NCBI GenBank assembly: GCA_951406725.2
Contig: OX597817.1
Coordinates: 145,886,001-145,950,000, forward strand
DNA from: Octopus vulgaris
Lineage: Eukaryota
Length of the DNA stretch: 64,000 nucleotides
Direction: 5' to 3'
The notes below the pieces were generated by a model. It was not told the origin of the DNA. It did no database searches and saw only the letters and a list, made by a program, of their open reading frames with translations. Numbering within the stretch: the first letter of the stretch is position 1; every line of letters starts with the position of its first letter. Made by a program: the position numbers and the translations under genes. This document shows, piece by piece, positions 50,113-64,000 of the stretch.

Positions 50113-50489
50113 CTGAAATACAACAACAAAAAAACAGATTAAACAGTAACTTAGATGGGGAAATGTTAATTGGTTGAGGCAATTGACACCTTTTATTTGC
50201 TTCCTCATCATCATTATTTTAGGTCACTTTTCCATCCTGGATTGAAAGGATCTGAGTCATTTTTTACTGGGAGCTATTGCTCCAGAAGACTGGTGTTCGT
50301 AAATGTCACTTGGCATGGTTTCTATAGATGGATGCCCTTCCTATGGCCAACCACTTTAAAGAGGGTACTAAGTGCATTTTCTTGTGACAGCGACACTAGA
50401 GCACTCAGTAATGTAAAGAAGGGGAATTAGTACTAGTTTGTTTGTCATTGTTGATGATGACCAAGAATATCTCATGAGAGAAAAGGGTG

Positions 50490-50680
50490 GCGTATAGTGT
50501 GTCCAGCTGTGGCCGATCAGTCTGATGCATGCTTGGAAGGTTCTGTCGCAGGTTGGGTACTGGTGGTCTGTTGAGAATAAAGTGGCGTTGGCTCTGAACT
50601 TGCACAGTTCAGATTTTCGTTCTGCCCTTGCAATCCCATTCTGTTTACAGGAGGTGGCATCTTCATCAAACAGGGCAGCT
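50490..50680 (-). mobile_element. RTE LINE ORF C-terminal (C2H2-like) remnant
   Basis: ...RAERKSELCK...PTCDRTFQACIRLIGHSWT resembles RTE CxxCxRxFxARIGLxSHxRTH. Confidence 0.6.
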
Positions 50681-51007
50681 GGATCTTTACCTTTTGAACT
50701 ACAGATTTAAAAAATAAATTTTTGCAACAAAACACTTTCAAACTTCGGACACTGGTTGAATGTGTCATCTAAAACATCTTTTACCCTTAGCATTTTTGAG
50801 AAAAACTTATATTTACGAAGTAATTTCACGTTAAAGTAGTCCTATTTCGGTAATTTAACGTGAAATTACTTCGTAAATATAAGTATTTCTCAAAAATGCT
50901 AAGAGTAAAAGATGTTTTATATGACACATTTTACCAGTGTCCGAAGTTTGAAAGTGTTTAGTTACAAAAAATTATTTTTTAAATCTGTCAGTCAAAAGTA
51001 AAGATCC
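50681..51007. mobile_element. Foldback MITE with about 155-bp TIRs
   Basis: GGATCTTTAC...GTAAAGATCC, near-perfect palindrome. Flanks GGGCAGCT and GGACAGCC are a degenerate 8-bp TSD. Confidence 0.8.
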
Positions 51008-54000
51008 GGACAGCCTTTTGCCTGTATTTTACAGGTGGGGGTTAATCTGAAAGTTCTTCAGCTCTTCATGCTTTGGCAGCTTTAAGTAGGTGGGGGTAGG
51101 AGAGGAAGCAACGACAGCAGAAAGGCCAGACGTGAGTGCTTAAGAGAGGGTGACAGGAGTGTATGTGTAGAGAAAACGCAATAGTTTAAGGCATGTACAT
51201 TAGCTCAGGTGACCAAGGAGGGGGGATAAGTTTTGCAGAAAAAGAAATTCTCCATTTTTACTTATGCAAGCTTCAGTTGGAATTAGAAAAATTCTTGAGA
51301 GAAATGAATAAGTCTTTTGTCAATGTAATTAACTTATGAGTAAAGATTTCTGCCTTTGGCTTAATTCCATATATTTTGGGCGAAAAGAAGCAGTGATTTA
51401 ATTAACCTGAGTACTTTTTACTAACACTAGAGAGATTTAAAGGCAAATTCAATTCCACAGGGATTTGAATTCATTATATGAAAGTATGTAGCACAATGCA
51501 TTTAGCCAAGTATTCAACCAATTCTGATTTCCACTATCCTCATTACAGACAAATGACTTTAGGGGACGGGGTTAGTTGATGCAACTGACCCCAAGCATTT
51601 GACTGTTACTTCATTTTCTTATTTGAACCTGAAAATATGGAAGGCCAGGTTGACCTTGGTAGAATTTGAACTCAGAATGTAAAGATTAAATGCCTTGCAG
51701 CATTTGTTCAGACATGTTAATAATTCTGTCCATCTGCCACTCTCCTCCTACTACTACAAGTAGTAGTCATATCAGCAGCAGCAGTAGCCGTCCAAGAATT
51801 TGGACCTGGAGATCTCCATTTCCAGCGACTTCGAGGGCCACCTCCCAGTGGTGTTGGGCATCATCGACAAGTCCTCGACTACAACAAGATGACCAAAGTT
51901 TTAAAAATTTTTTTCCAAGGTCTGGGGTCTCCCGCCCCTAAGCCCTAGACCATCACCTAATCACCCTTACCCGTCTTGTTGCTTAACATCAACAACAGCA
52001 GCAGCAGCAGTAACAGTAGTAGCAGTTTCTAGTATGAGCACAAGTTTTGAGGGGAAGAAGTTAGTCAATACCACTGATCCCCGGTTCTAACTGGTACCTG
52101 ATCTGGTCAATCTCATCAGGACTGACCTCAACAGAATTTGAAATCAGAATGTAAAGAGATAAAAGAAACACTGTAAAGCACTTTCTCTGACGCTCTGAGG
52201 ATTCTGCCAGCTTGATCTTGCCTTTATTAGCCACAAGGGCTCAAAAAAGATACAATTAAATGCAAAGAACATTAAACAGGGAGCTTAGAAAGATATGTGA
52301 GGGTAAAACATGTTTTAAAAAGATGAGGGGAAGGGAGAAAGATATTGTGTAGGGCATCCAGCTGTAGAAACTCTGCCAGATCAAGATTGGAGCCTGGTGC
52401 GGCCATCTGGTTTGCCAGACCTCAGTCAAAATCGTCCAACCTATGCTAGCATGGAAAGTGGATGTTAAACGATGATGATGATGATAATGGGAATAGTTAA
52501 AAATTTGTAAGGAAAACACATAATAAATATTTAAAAAGTATAATAAAACACACAATAATTAAAAGATTAAGTGGTTAAGTATTTTGCTTCCCATCCATAT
52601 GGTCAGAGGTTCAGTCCCAGAGAGTGGCACCTTGAGCAAATCATCATCCTCATCATCATCATTTAATGTCTGTTGTCCATGCAGGCATGGGTTGGATGGT
52701 TTGACCAGGCTGGCATGCTAGAAGGCTGCACCAGACGCCAGTCTGGTTTGGCATAGTTTTCTATGGCTGAATGCCCTTCCTAATGCCAACCACTCTGAGT
52801 GTAATGGATGCTTTTACGTACCACCAACATGGGTGCCATTTGCATGACACTGGGGTGCTTTTATGTGCCACCAGTACGAGTGCCAATTTGCATGACACTG
52901 GCATCTGCTACAACTGCAATTTTGCTCAGCTTGATGGGTTTTCTTCTCAAGCACAACCCTGGTCATTGTCTCCGTGAGGCCCAACACTCGAAAGGAACTC
53001 GGCCACTTTGCCTCCATGAAGCCCAACACTCAAACATATTCTACTAAAGCAAATGTGTTCTACTAAAGCCATGGGCTGACCAACACCTTATGAGTGGATT
53101 TGGTAGATAGCAACTGAAGAGAACCATTGTATATGTGTGTGTGAGCATGTGTGTGTAATGATATATGTGTGTATGTGTAAGAGTGAGGGTGTGTATGTGT
53201 AAGAGTGAGGATGTGTATGTGTATTTGTATCTCTTTTTTGTGGCATCACATGATAGTCGTACATGATTGTTACTGTCAGTGACAGTCATATAACTATCAC
53301 ATGATGTGAAGAGAAAGACACAAATACACATGCAACACATACATACACGCAATGGGCTTCTTTCAGTTTCTGTCCACTAAATCCATACGCAAAGCCACTA
53401 GGCTTTGATTAGGTCAGCCTGGGGCTATAAGAGACTATATTTGCCCGAGTTGTCATACAGTGGGACTGAACCTGAAGCCTTGGGGTTGGGAAGGAAGCTT
53501 CTTAACCACACAGCCACTTCCGCACCTATATATATATATATATATACACACACACAAACACACAGAAGGATAAAATGATATAGATTTAGATGACTGGTTC
53601 TCAACCATTCTTTTACCTATGGACCCCTTTGTTCATATTTTACTTGGGTGGACCTTCATAGACATTTAATGTTTTTAAAAATATCCCATTACATTTTTGT
53701 AATTAAAACTAAAACGTTAATAATAATATTTATAAAACTGCAATACAGATTGATTTGTTAATAATAACAGAACTTGATAACTCTAAATCCTTAAGATAAT
53801 CTCAAGGGAGAAATCAAAGTTATATACACACATATTTGCGATATATTATGAGTTAATGAGCTCTTCAGAATGAACTGGTAATAAATTCAAAACTATATAT
53901 ATCATTTCATCCTGCCATATATAGTAATTGTCAATGACAAAATAGCATAGGCAATTACAAATTGGAAAATTAAGCTTCTTAATTAGTTCAGAGCCTTGCT

Positions 54001-57000
54001 ATTCTTTCAAGCTGTACTTTATTATGTCAAATCACAATATGGTTGCTTCTTATTTCTTTATTGTCCACAAGGGGCTAAACATAGAGGAGACAAACAAGGA
54101 CAGACAAAGGGTTTAAGTCGATTACATCAACCCCAGTGCATAACTGGCGCTTAATTTATCGACCCGGAAAAGATGAAAGACAAAGTCGGCCTCAGCGGAA
54201 TTTGAACTCAGAACGTAACGGCAGACGAAATACCTATTTCTTTACTACCCACAAGGGGCTATACACAGAGGGGACAAACAAGGACAGACAAACAGATTAA
54301 GTCGATTACATCAACCCCAGTGTGTAACTGGTACTTAATTTATCGAAACCGAAAGGATGAAAGGCAAAGTCGACCTCGGCAGAATTTGAAATCAGAATGT
54401 AACGCAGACAAAATACTGCCAAGCATTTTGCCCGGGTACTAACGCTTCTGCCAGCTCGCCACCTTCGAAGCAATATGATTGCTTCTATAACCATTTACCC
54501 TCAGTGGAGTGATCTTCTGAAGGTTGCTAACAGTAAATGATAAAAAGTGACTTTAGGCATATTTCAGGTGATATAATAGACACAGGTATGACTGTGTGGT
54601 GAAGAAGTCTGCTTCCCAACCACATGGCTTTGGGTTCAGTTCCACTGCACAAGTATCTTCTATTATAGACCTCGGCTGACCAAAGATTTGTGAATGGATC
54701 TGGTATATAGAAACTGTAAGAAGTGTGTGTGTGTGTGTGTGTGTTTTTGTCTTGACAAATGCAATGGTTGTAAATGATTATTATTAATTTCCAATATTCC
54801 GCAAAAATTTGTCTGGCCAGGGGGAGATGTCACCTTGCTTGGAAACAGTTGAGTGTTGGCAGCAGGGGGGGGGGGGCAACCGGCAGTACAAAATCTGCCT
54901 CAATAAACTCTTACAGACCCATGCAAGTAAGGAAAAGTAGACGTTTGAATGATGATGATGATACAGAGACTTCATTTTGAAATGTTTATGGTTTTCTTAA
55001 GTTTTATGAATCATTTGGATTAAATATGAGTCTTGTAAAGTAGCAACAGCATTGTGTCACATTTCAATTAGCACTCTGTAACCTACGTTTGCAACAGACA
55101 AACTTTATATATTTCGTTTCATCCTACTTTAAGCTATCAAATGTTAAATACAAATATAATCAAACTAAAGTGAGTAAAGAGGAGGTAGGCCTAAAAATTT
55201 AGCTCTAATAAATTATTTCTAGACATAACAGACTAGCTCCCATTTCATCTGAAGTCAAGACAGAGCTGGGTTGCTGGATAATTACTTCTGCTAAAGAGTG
55301 AAAAAGAGTGGATCATTTAATCTGAAGGAAACAAGAAAAACTAGCAGAAGCAAAGTAACTATTATCAGAGTGATACTTTCTTCTTTGGAATCGGGAAGCC
55401 ATTAGTGGTTGTTGAAGATTTTTCTCAACTATGTAAGTTGTTTATATCATATGAAGATACTGTTTATATTATATTAATATCTTTACTTCCTAGGTCTCTT
55501 GACCTTACTGTTTTGGCCATGCTGGAGTATCTTTAACAAGCATTCTTTCTTTGGTGAGCAAAAAATTGATTCAAAAGAAATTTTATAATCTAAATGTTTT
55601 CTTCAGTAATTTGTGAGTTTTTAAACTTCACTTTCATTTTTCTGTAAAATGTATGATCAAATTTAGTCTCAGGGTCTTAGTTTACAATTAATAGCCACAT
55701 AATGCATTTTTTTTAATTTCTATTTTCACACCTAAATTTATGATTTTACCTTATACTTTGACTTGTTATTTATAGTGAAAACTAAGATGAAGAAAATGTA
55801 CTAAATGTTACTATCTGAATATGTAAGCAATAAAGACTTAATTCTTGTATCTAGCTTCTGGAAAAATTATGGTGGAAAACTTCTTGTAATAAAACATACA
55901 CAAATCCCACATCGTTATTTAACATCCACTTTTCTGAGCTTCAATGGGTCAGATATAATTTGTTAAGGCAGATTTTCTATGGCCAGATGCCCTTCCTGTC
56001 ATTGACCTTCACCTACTCCCAACAAAAGTGAAATTTACTGTAGCCAGACGTATTTTCAAAGAAAAGTAGAAGTGAACAGCATCACCTGTCTGATGGTGAT
56101 GCTTGTTTACAACAATTATGGCATCAAGACAAGGTTACACATAAACATACATTACGGTGGCATGTAAAAGCACCCACTACACTCTCGGAGTGGTTGGTGT
56201 TAGGAAGGGCATCCAGCTGTAGAAACTCTGCTAGATCAGATTGGAGCATGGTGCAGCCATCTGGTTCACCAATCCTCAGTCAAATCGTCCAACCCATGCC
56301 AGCATGGAAAGCAGACATTAAACAATAATGATGATGACATTTATTTAAACTAAAACTCAAAGTTTGCTTTCTTGCCATTTGATTAAGATGATAAAGATTA
56401 CAAATAAAATAGTTATTTTCCCCTTTAAGAAAATAAATATCAAGTTGAAAATGTCAACACTTCAAGGAATCGATGAAGCTACTGCCATCCATCCTTTTTT
56501 CTTACCTTTAATTTTCTTCCCTTTAATCATTTATACAACTTTTGGAGTACCGTGGACTTGAAAGATAGAAATTCTCCCTATATTTTTATGAGATATTTTT
56601 GAATCACAGGTACTTGAATATTTTCTTTTTCTAACATCTATTCTACAGCCCTTGCCCTTCCTTCTACCAATGCTCACCTATTTCCAAGCAAGATAATTCC
56701 ATCCTCCACCCCCCACCCCCACAGATGGACATATCCATGAAAGATTAGAAACAAACAGCACCACTTGTATGACAGTGATGCTCATTTACAACCATCACAC
56801 AGAAAAACACACACACACACACACACACACACAATAGGCTCCTTTCAGTTTCTGTCTACCAAATCCATTCACAAGATCTAGGTTAGTACAGGGTTATAGT
56901 GGTAGACATGTGCCAAGGTGCCATATAGTAGGACTAAACTTAAACCCATTTGATTGCAAAGCAAACTCCTCAACCATACACCCATGCCTGTGTCTACATA

Positions 57001-57154
57001 TATAATAATTAATCTGAGCGAAGGCTTAAATGCTGTGTAGAGGGAATGATCTTCTCAAGAGTGACACAATATATAGTCTCTTCTCTTCTCAGACACTGGT
57101 CCACACACTCCCATCAGTCAAGTTCAGGAAAAGACTTAAATGTCTAATTTAGTA

Positions 57155-57574
57155 TTAACCCTTTAGCATTCAGAATTACTTGTCAGATGTATCACGTATT
57201 TATTCACATTGTTTTGAATTAATCACACATTATCCTGTAGCTCCAAGATTTCAATGGTGTCTCTCTCTCTCTCTCTAGTTTCAGCTCAGAGCTGCGGCCA
57301 TGCTGATGCACCGCCGTCAAAAATAAGTTTATTAAATACTTGATTAAAAAAATAAAATACATGAAAGGTAAAGGCAACCTTGGTGGAATTTGAATTCAGA
57401 ACGAAAAGACAGCGTTTCGCCCGGCGCTTTAATGTTTCTGCCAACTCGCTGTGTTTGCATATTTTTAGAATGACATTGTAGGGTAGGTGTGAGAAGTTGG
57501 ATCTGGTTAATTTTAACTTAAAACAGGAAGAATATTTGGGCCGGATATGGCCGGATTAAATGCTAAACGGTTAA
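57155..57574. mobile_element. piggyBac-type MITE, family 2 (related copy at about 2290-2836), with nested SINE pieces
   Basis: TTAA-CCCTTTAGCATT...AATGCTAAACGG-TTAA. Confidence 0.7.
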
Positions 57575-59000
57575 GACTGTTCCAGCTGAAACCTTCATGA
57601 GGAGAACTTGTAGAACCAGAGGGGGGCATAACTTGAAAAAGTAGACAAACTCCCCCAACTGCAAAACAAGTGGATGAAGACTTCTGATCTCAACAGCTAA
57701 ACTTATGGAAGAGAACAATGCCAGATAAATGGGCTAAGAAGATGCTGGTCAAGCAATACCTGGACTGACAGCAGTCTGGTGCAGTTTTGTCACTTGATCC
57801 TGCATGTCACATTTTACATGTGCTGTAGAGGACATCTTTGAGATCATGGAGCATGGGTCACTTCCTGGCCAGTCAGGGTCCACCCTACATGTTACTAGCT
57901 TTTTGTCATTGATCTTTTCTCATTGAACCACACTGAAGAAAGAAAAGCTTGGAAGCAAGGACTAGCCAATGATGATCTGAGACATAAAAAAAGTTAGTAA
58001 TAAAGAAAGAGGTGAAACTGAAGAATAACTGCTGACCTTGTTGGGAGTGATGGCCATTTAATGACATTAAATGAATATCTCGTGCTTTGAAGATGGGACA
58101 TCTTAAGAAATCTACAGCTCAGAAAACATCCAAATATGTCAAACATCATTAATAGTTTGTTACAACAAAGTTGATATTCTTTTCTCCCCTAGGCACAAGG
58201 CCCAAAATTTTGGGGGAGGGGGCCTGTCAATTAGATCGACCCCAGTACGCAACTGGTACTTAATTTATTGACCCCGAAAGGATGAAAGGCAAAGTCGACC
58301 TTGGCGAAATTTGAACTCAGAACGATGCATTTTGCCCAGCGTGCGAAATTTGAACTCAGAACAATGCATTTTGCCCAGTGTGCTAACGTTTCTGCCAGCT
58401 TGCTGCCTTTACTTTTCTATTCCTAGCACAAGGCCTGAAATTTTTGGGGAGGGAGTCAGTTGATTAGATTGACCCCAGTACGCAATTGGTACTTAATTTA
58501 TCAACCCCGAAAGGATGAAAGGCAAAGCTGACCTCAGCGGAATTCGAACTCAGAACATAGCGACGGGCGAAATACCGCTAAGCATTTTGTCCAGCATGCT
58601 AACGACCCTGCCAGCTCGCTGCCTTACAACAAAGTTGATATTGTCAAACCAATGAGAGAACCATTACAGAGTTCCTTAACATGCTACAAATAGCAGCCAA
58701 ATTTCCAACAAATCATAACCTCTTGTCTTAAATAAAGGAAGCACACAGAGGATAATGTAGTCTTCCATGCATAAAAAGGATGGATGGTCATAATTGGAAT
58801 ATCTTTGATCATATGTCTGCTTGATCCTATCTGGAGGCTAAATAAACTAGTGTTGGTATTCTTGAACTTTATTCTTTGTATTATACATGACTATCTCGAA
58901 AATTCTAAGGAGGAAGCAAAACAGTCATATGCTGGTTGGTTATTCAAAATACGGAGAAAAATAATAATAATGATGATTGCACAAAGGTTCAGCAACTCAC

Positions 59001-59065
59001 CAACATTCTGTTCATCCATCGCCGAGCAACAATTGAATCCAGGCCACAGACCACAACATGAAATT
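59001..59065 (-). CDS. UBA3: UBA3 exon
   Basis: [22 protein letters not shown]; cag| acceptor and |GTGAGT donor. Confidence 0.95.
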
Positions 59066-59094
59066 CTGTAAAGAATATGTGTAATAAATAAAGA

Positions 59095-59344
59095 TCATAT
59101 ATATATATATATATATATACATATAACAACAGAATAATAAATAAAACATATGCATATATACATACATATATGTACATACCTACATCTATATGTATATATA
59201 CATGCATATATGGGTACAGGACACCAAAAAAATGTATGATACAATGAGAAATGAAAACATAAAAACAAAAACATGGAAACAGACTTTTTTCAAAGAACAA
59301 AAAAACAGAGTACAAGACATACAACACAAAGAATATTCCCCTTC

Positions 59345-59398
<54 letters not shown>

Positions 59399-59446
59399 GG
59401 AAGAATATACCTGCTATATATATATATATGGTATATTATACATACT

Positions 59447-59499
<53 letters not shown>

Positions 59500-59973
59500 A
59501 GAGAGAGAGAGAGAGAGATACATACATATTAGGTTGGAAGAATATACCTGCTACAAATCATATTGGTTTTATACATACTCACACATACACACAGGCATAC
59601 ACATATGAGAGAATGTATTGAAAAAACTTGTGGAAGGAGGGAAACATACAGAGAAAGGCTAAGGTTGCTTACTTAAGAAGAAACAAGTAGACAAAAAAAA
59701 GGAAATATAGAAGAGTGTGAGTGTGTTATCTGCTGAGAAAGGAAGAGAACGAGAACAGCCGTACACAAAATTAGTTCTGGACCAATGCACAACTAATAAC
59801 GAAGAAGTTAGTAAAGGGATGATATTTACTGGCAATGAGAGAAGGAGAAGGCAGTGGGGAGGGATGTGTTAGAAGAAATATTTAGGAATGAGCTGAGAGC
59901 TACTAAGAAAAATAGGGTGAAGGAAGAAAAGGAAAGAGAAAGACAAAAAGATAGAGGGGGAGAGAGAGGGGTT

Positions 59974-60015
<42 letters not shown>

Positions 60016-60088
60016 TTGTGTATATGTATGTGTGTGTGTATATATATATATATATATACATATGTATATATATATATATGTATATGTA

Positions 60089-60143
<55 letters not shown>

Positions 60144-60146
60144 GTA

Positions 60147-60200
<54 letters not shown>

Positions 60201-60350
60201 TAGATAGATAGATATAGATAGACAGATATAATAGATAGACAAATGTAGATAGAAAGATAGATATAGATAGATAGACAGATATAGATAGATAGATATAGAT
60301 AGATAGATAGAAACAGAGATAGATAGATACAGACAGACAGACAGATAGAA
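59095..60350. repeat. Compound microsatellite block (TA)n/(TG)n/(GA)n/(GATA)n
   Basis: Visible directly; it produces the YIYI-type ORFs in the track. Confidence 0.95.
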
Positions 60351-61466
60351 AAAATATAGTTGGGGTAATTCTAGCAATTTTGTAAATTTTAAAATTTATT
60401 GTTTGGAGTCTAAAAATATAAGAAAAAAATGAAATTTTTTTTCTCTAAATGAAATCAAAGAAAATATATTCATGCATAGAGATATGATAAAGAAAATTCT
60501 AATTTCTTTGAGCTTCCAAGTTGGAGAAAGAAATCAATTTCTACAGCTACTAAGATAATAATCTTAACGAAAAACAAATTAATTACACAATTTAATTATC
60601 TAATAATTAAGCTAGGTATTTCTTGCGAGCTACTTTCTTGCTGTTATACAATGAGCCTGCTAACAGAAAATGATCACAAAAATGTAAAGATTTCATCTCT
60701 ACATAGAAATGAAACAATCCCAGCAAATGAGGAAGCCTCAATGCTCAATCTGTTAGAAATAACAGCTAAATCTCTCCTAAATCACACCTTGTTGAAAAAA
60801 TGTAAAGACATACTGCAAAATGTAATCCTAGATATCCTAAGGAAAAAGTTGGGATGGTCACAGCTGGAATGCTTTTGATTATACACACACACACTCACAC
60901 GTGTATGTGTGTGTGTGTGCTTAAAGAAGCTGAGTTTCTATAATTATCTCTTCATCTCTATTTTTAGTTTTCTTGTTTTGCTTTTTTATATTTCAAACTT
61001 TAATATTTTCATTCTTAAAAATATTTTTAAAAAAACAATTAAGAAAGAAAATGTTTTTTTTAAAGTTTTAATAAAGCTAAATAATAAATAAAAAAAATAG
61101 TTAAACCATATAGGTAGCAGAGCAGCTGTGTGATAAGAAATTTGCTTCTCAACCACATGGTTCTGGTTTCAGTCCTACTGTGTGGCACCTTGGGCTGACC
61201 AAAGCCTTTTGACTGGATTTTACCATCATCATCATTTAATGTCCGTTGTCCATGCTGGCATGGGTTGGAGAGTTTGACCAGTGCTGGTAAGCTGGAAGGC
61301 TGCACCAGACTCCAGTCTGATTTGGCATGGTTTCTATGGCTGGATGCCCTTCCTAACACTAACCACTCTGAGAGTGTAATGGGTGATTTTACATGCCATC
61401 GGCACCAGTGCCATTTGCATGACACCAGTATCTGGTAGACAGAAACTGAAAGAAGCCCATCGTATA

Positions 61467-61502
<36 letters not shown>

Positions 61503-62674
61503 TGTCGCTTGTCCCCTGTCACCGCTTGACAACCGATGTTGGTGTGTTTATGTCCTTGTAACTTAGCAAAAGAGACCAATAGAACAAGTACCAGGTTTTA
61601 AGAATATAACTGCAGGGGCTTGACTGAAATTCTTCCAAATGGTGCCCCAGCATCGCTACAGCCTAATGACTGAAACAAGTAAAAGGTGAAAGATATAACA
61701 GAAATTAACCCAGGTAATAATAATTTTCCTTGAGTATGCAATAAAGAAATGCCAAGACAACGCATATTATTTTTTTAAAAAAGTCTTTGATGAACTTTGC
61801 TATATTCAGGTTGGCAAGAATAAGTAATGAAAGTTGGCAAGAATTACTAATGAAAGTTTAGAAATACATGGTGTGGCTATAAAGAACCAACCCTCTTTTT
61901 TTTTTTTTTTTTTTTTTTGAGTAAAGAGAAAATGCTGCCCATGAAATTACCATTAAGAAGAGAGGGTTAGCTAATTATCTGCTATGTGTTTCCTCAGTTT
62001 TATTAGTTGCATCTTCCCAAAATGTGACTGACTGACACACACACAAACATTCCCTGACCAACAGAGAGACTTCTCACCACTCCCTAACACATGCCAGCAG
62101 TCTAGCAAGCTGAAGAACTTACAGACAGCTACAAAGAAAGAGGAACTAATAGAGGAGAGAGAGATCAGGGTAAGGATGGTGAAAAAGATATAGTGTGTTT
62201 ATATTCTTTGCTTTCTCTTGCTTAGTTATTTACAAAGGAACTATAACAAACACACATATACATATGCACAAATACATACACGTGCATACATAAACATACA
62301 CGCACAAACAAATATACATACATTCATACATATGCATGCATATATTATATACATGCAAACACACAGATTGCTTTTTAATAACATGAAATAGGTACAGACT
62401 TCAAGGGTTAAGTGAAAAGTTGATTGAAAACTATCTAGCATTTCAGAGAACATTCTGCTGCTTTCAGTGAATGCATTCCAACTAATTACACAACAGACTG
62501 GAGTAAAAAGAAAAAAGATGAGAAAAGAAAAGAAAAAAAAAATGAAAAAAAGGTAAGAAGCTTCAAAGAAACAAGGCAAAAATCTTTAAATAGTACAACA
62601 TATTAGATGTATTCTCAGTAAAAGAAGGGGAGGTGGGGGTGGGGATTAGCAATTTTCAATAAGCTTGTACTTAC

Positions 62675-62718
62675 GTTGATAGAATGAATCTGGGAAGTCT
62701 TGGATCTTTGTAAAATGA
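62675..62718 (-). CDS. UBA3: NEDD8-activating enzyme E1 catalytic subunit, 44-nt internal exon (5'-most exon in window)
   Basis: HFTKIQDFPDSFYQ matches UBA3 HFNKIQDFNDTFYR. Donor C|GTAAGT. The acceptor is AC (U12-type). Confidence 0.92.
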
Positions 62719-62738
62719 GTAGCAATCATTAAGGAAAA
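62719..62738 (-). other. U12-type branch site and AC 3' splice site
   Basis: The minus strand reads TTTTCCTTAATGATTGCTAC|TCAT. There is no AG at the homology-defined exon start. Confidence 0.88.
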
Positions 62739-63420
62739 TATATGCTACCAATGGATTATAATAAACGTTATCAACACATCAGATTATGAAGATAACGTTA
62801 TAAAGAAAAAGATATCTGTTTCTCACTATTACAACTGTGTATGTGATACATTATTACATTAAGGCTATCACACAAGGAAAAAGAATTGTTACCAGTTCTA
62901 ATAGAGCAGATATATATGCTGATTCTATTGAAATTGGATAAAGTTGCCCCAGGGATGAATTTAATGTAATGCTTTGCATATATTTCTTTGAAATATATTA
63001 ACTATTTTGAGAAACGTTAGTACGCCAGGCGAAATGCGTAGCCGTATTTCGTCTGTCGTTACGTTCCAAGTTCAAATTCCGCCGAGGTCGACTTTGCCTT
63101 TCGTCCTTTCGGGATCAATAAATTAAGTACTGGGATCGATGTAATCGACTTAATCCATTTGTCTGTCCTTGTTTGTCCCCCCCACTGTGTTTAGCCCCTT
63201 GTGGGTAGTAAAGAAATATATTTTGATACCAGCCCACCCAAAACTACTTCTGGTTCTATGATAAAAAAAAATCTGAATTAAAACCTTTCATCAAAGTTTC
63301 ATGTTAACTGTTCCAAACACCAGCTTAATAATGACAAAGAAATTTTTGATAAACTCTTCAGTCTTTTCAAATTTCATTTAAATAAAAGCAGTGTATTTCA
63401 GAAGATAATAAAAGAGTAAA

Positions 63421-63586
63421 GGCATAGGAGTGGCTGTGTGGTAAGTAGCTTGCTTACGGACCACATGGTTCCAGGTTCAATCCCACTGCATGGCACCTTG
63501 GGCAAGTGCCTTCTACTGTAGCCTCAGGCCAACCATAGCCTTGTGAGTGGATTTGGTAGATGGAAACTGAAAGAAGCCCGTCGTGT

Positions 63587-63675
<89 letters not shown>

Positions 63676-63885
63676 GTGTGTGTATATGTTTGTCTCTTCA
63701 ACATCACTTGACAACCGATGCTGGTGTGTTTACGTCCCCATAACTTAGCAGTTCGGCAAAAGAGACCGATAGAATAAGTACTAGGCTTACAAAGAATAAG
63801 TCCTAGGGTCGATTTGCTCGATAAAGGCAGTGCTCCAGCATGGCCACAGTCAAATGACTGAAACAAGTAAAAGAGTAAAGAGTAA
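63421..63885 (+). mobile_element. SINE family B, full-length copy
   Basis: Colinear with 6527-6938; internal (CAT)n(TA)n expansion. Confidence 0.85.
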
Positions 63886-64000
63886 TATAAATAAAAAGAA
63901 ATGACCATCAAAATTTTATCTTAATTTATGTTCCTAACCACCAACTCAATAACAAAGTAATTTTACCAAATTCTTCATTATTTTCAAATTTAATTAAAAC

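Noticed and set aside
55225-55295. Possible 5S rRNA-derived fragment
   Set aside because: The resemblance is too weak to support by eye.
59190-60377. Long YIYI-rich ORFs
   Set aside because: They are translations of (TA)n/(GATA)n microsatellites.
62805-62816. ATATCTTT on the minus strand as the U12 donor
   Set aside because: It is not preceded by UBA3-coding sequence ending in CC. The real upstream exon must lie outside the window.

Overview
AT-rich, repeat-dense eukaryotic (metazoan) genomic DNA. The SINE families and (TA)n/(CA)n/(CAT)n microsatellites point to an Octopus/cephalopod genome (inference). Two spliced genes lie tail-to-tail. (1) A complete FBXO7-like gene on + has 11 coding exons at 9734-32834 and encodes about 445 aa (Ubl, FP domain, F-box, Pro-rich tail). 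(2) The 3' 11 coding exons of UBA3, the NEDD8 E1 catalytic subunit, lie on - at 62718-34848; its 5' exons are beyond the window. All exon phases were checked by hand and join in frame. The introns hold at least 5 SINE-like families, CR1/L2 and RTE LINE remnants, Helitrons, and mariner, piggyBac and Merlin-like MITEs. Nearly all ORFs in the supplied track are repeat or microsatellite noise. Most notable observations: a U12-type (minor spliceosome) AC acceptor in UBA3; a Penelope-like foldback carrying two minimal hammerhead ribozymes with a compensatory G3:C8 core swap; UBA3 codons that A-to-I editing would restore to the conserved residue; and CpG-rich palindromic MITEs bracketing the FBXO7 first exon.
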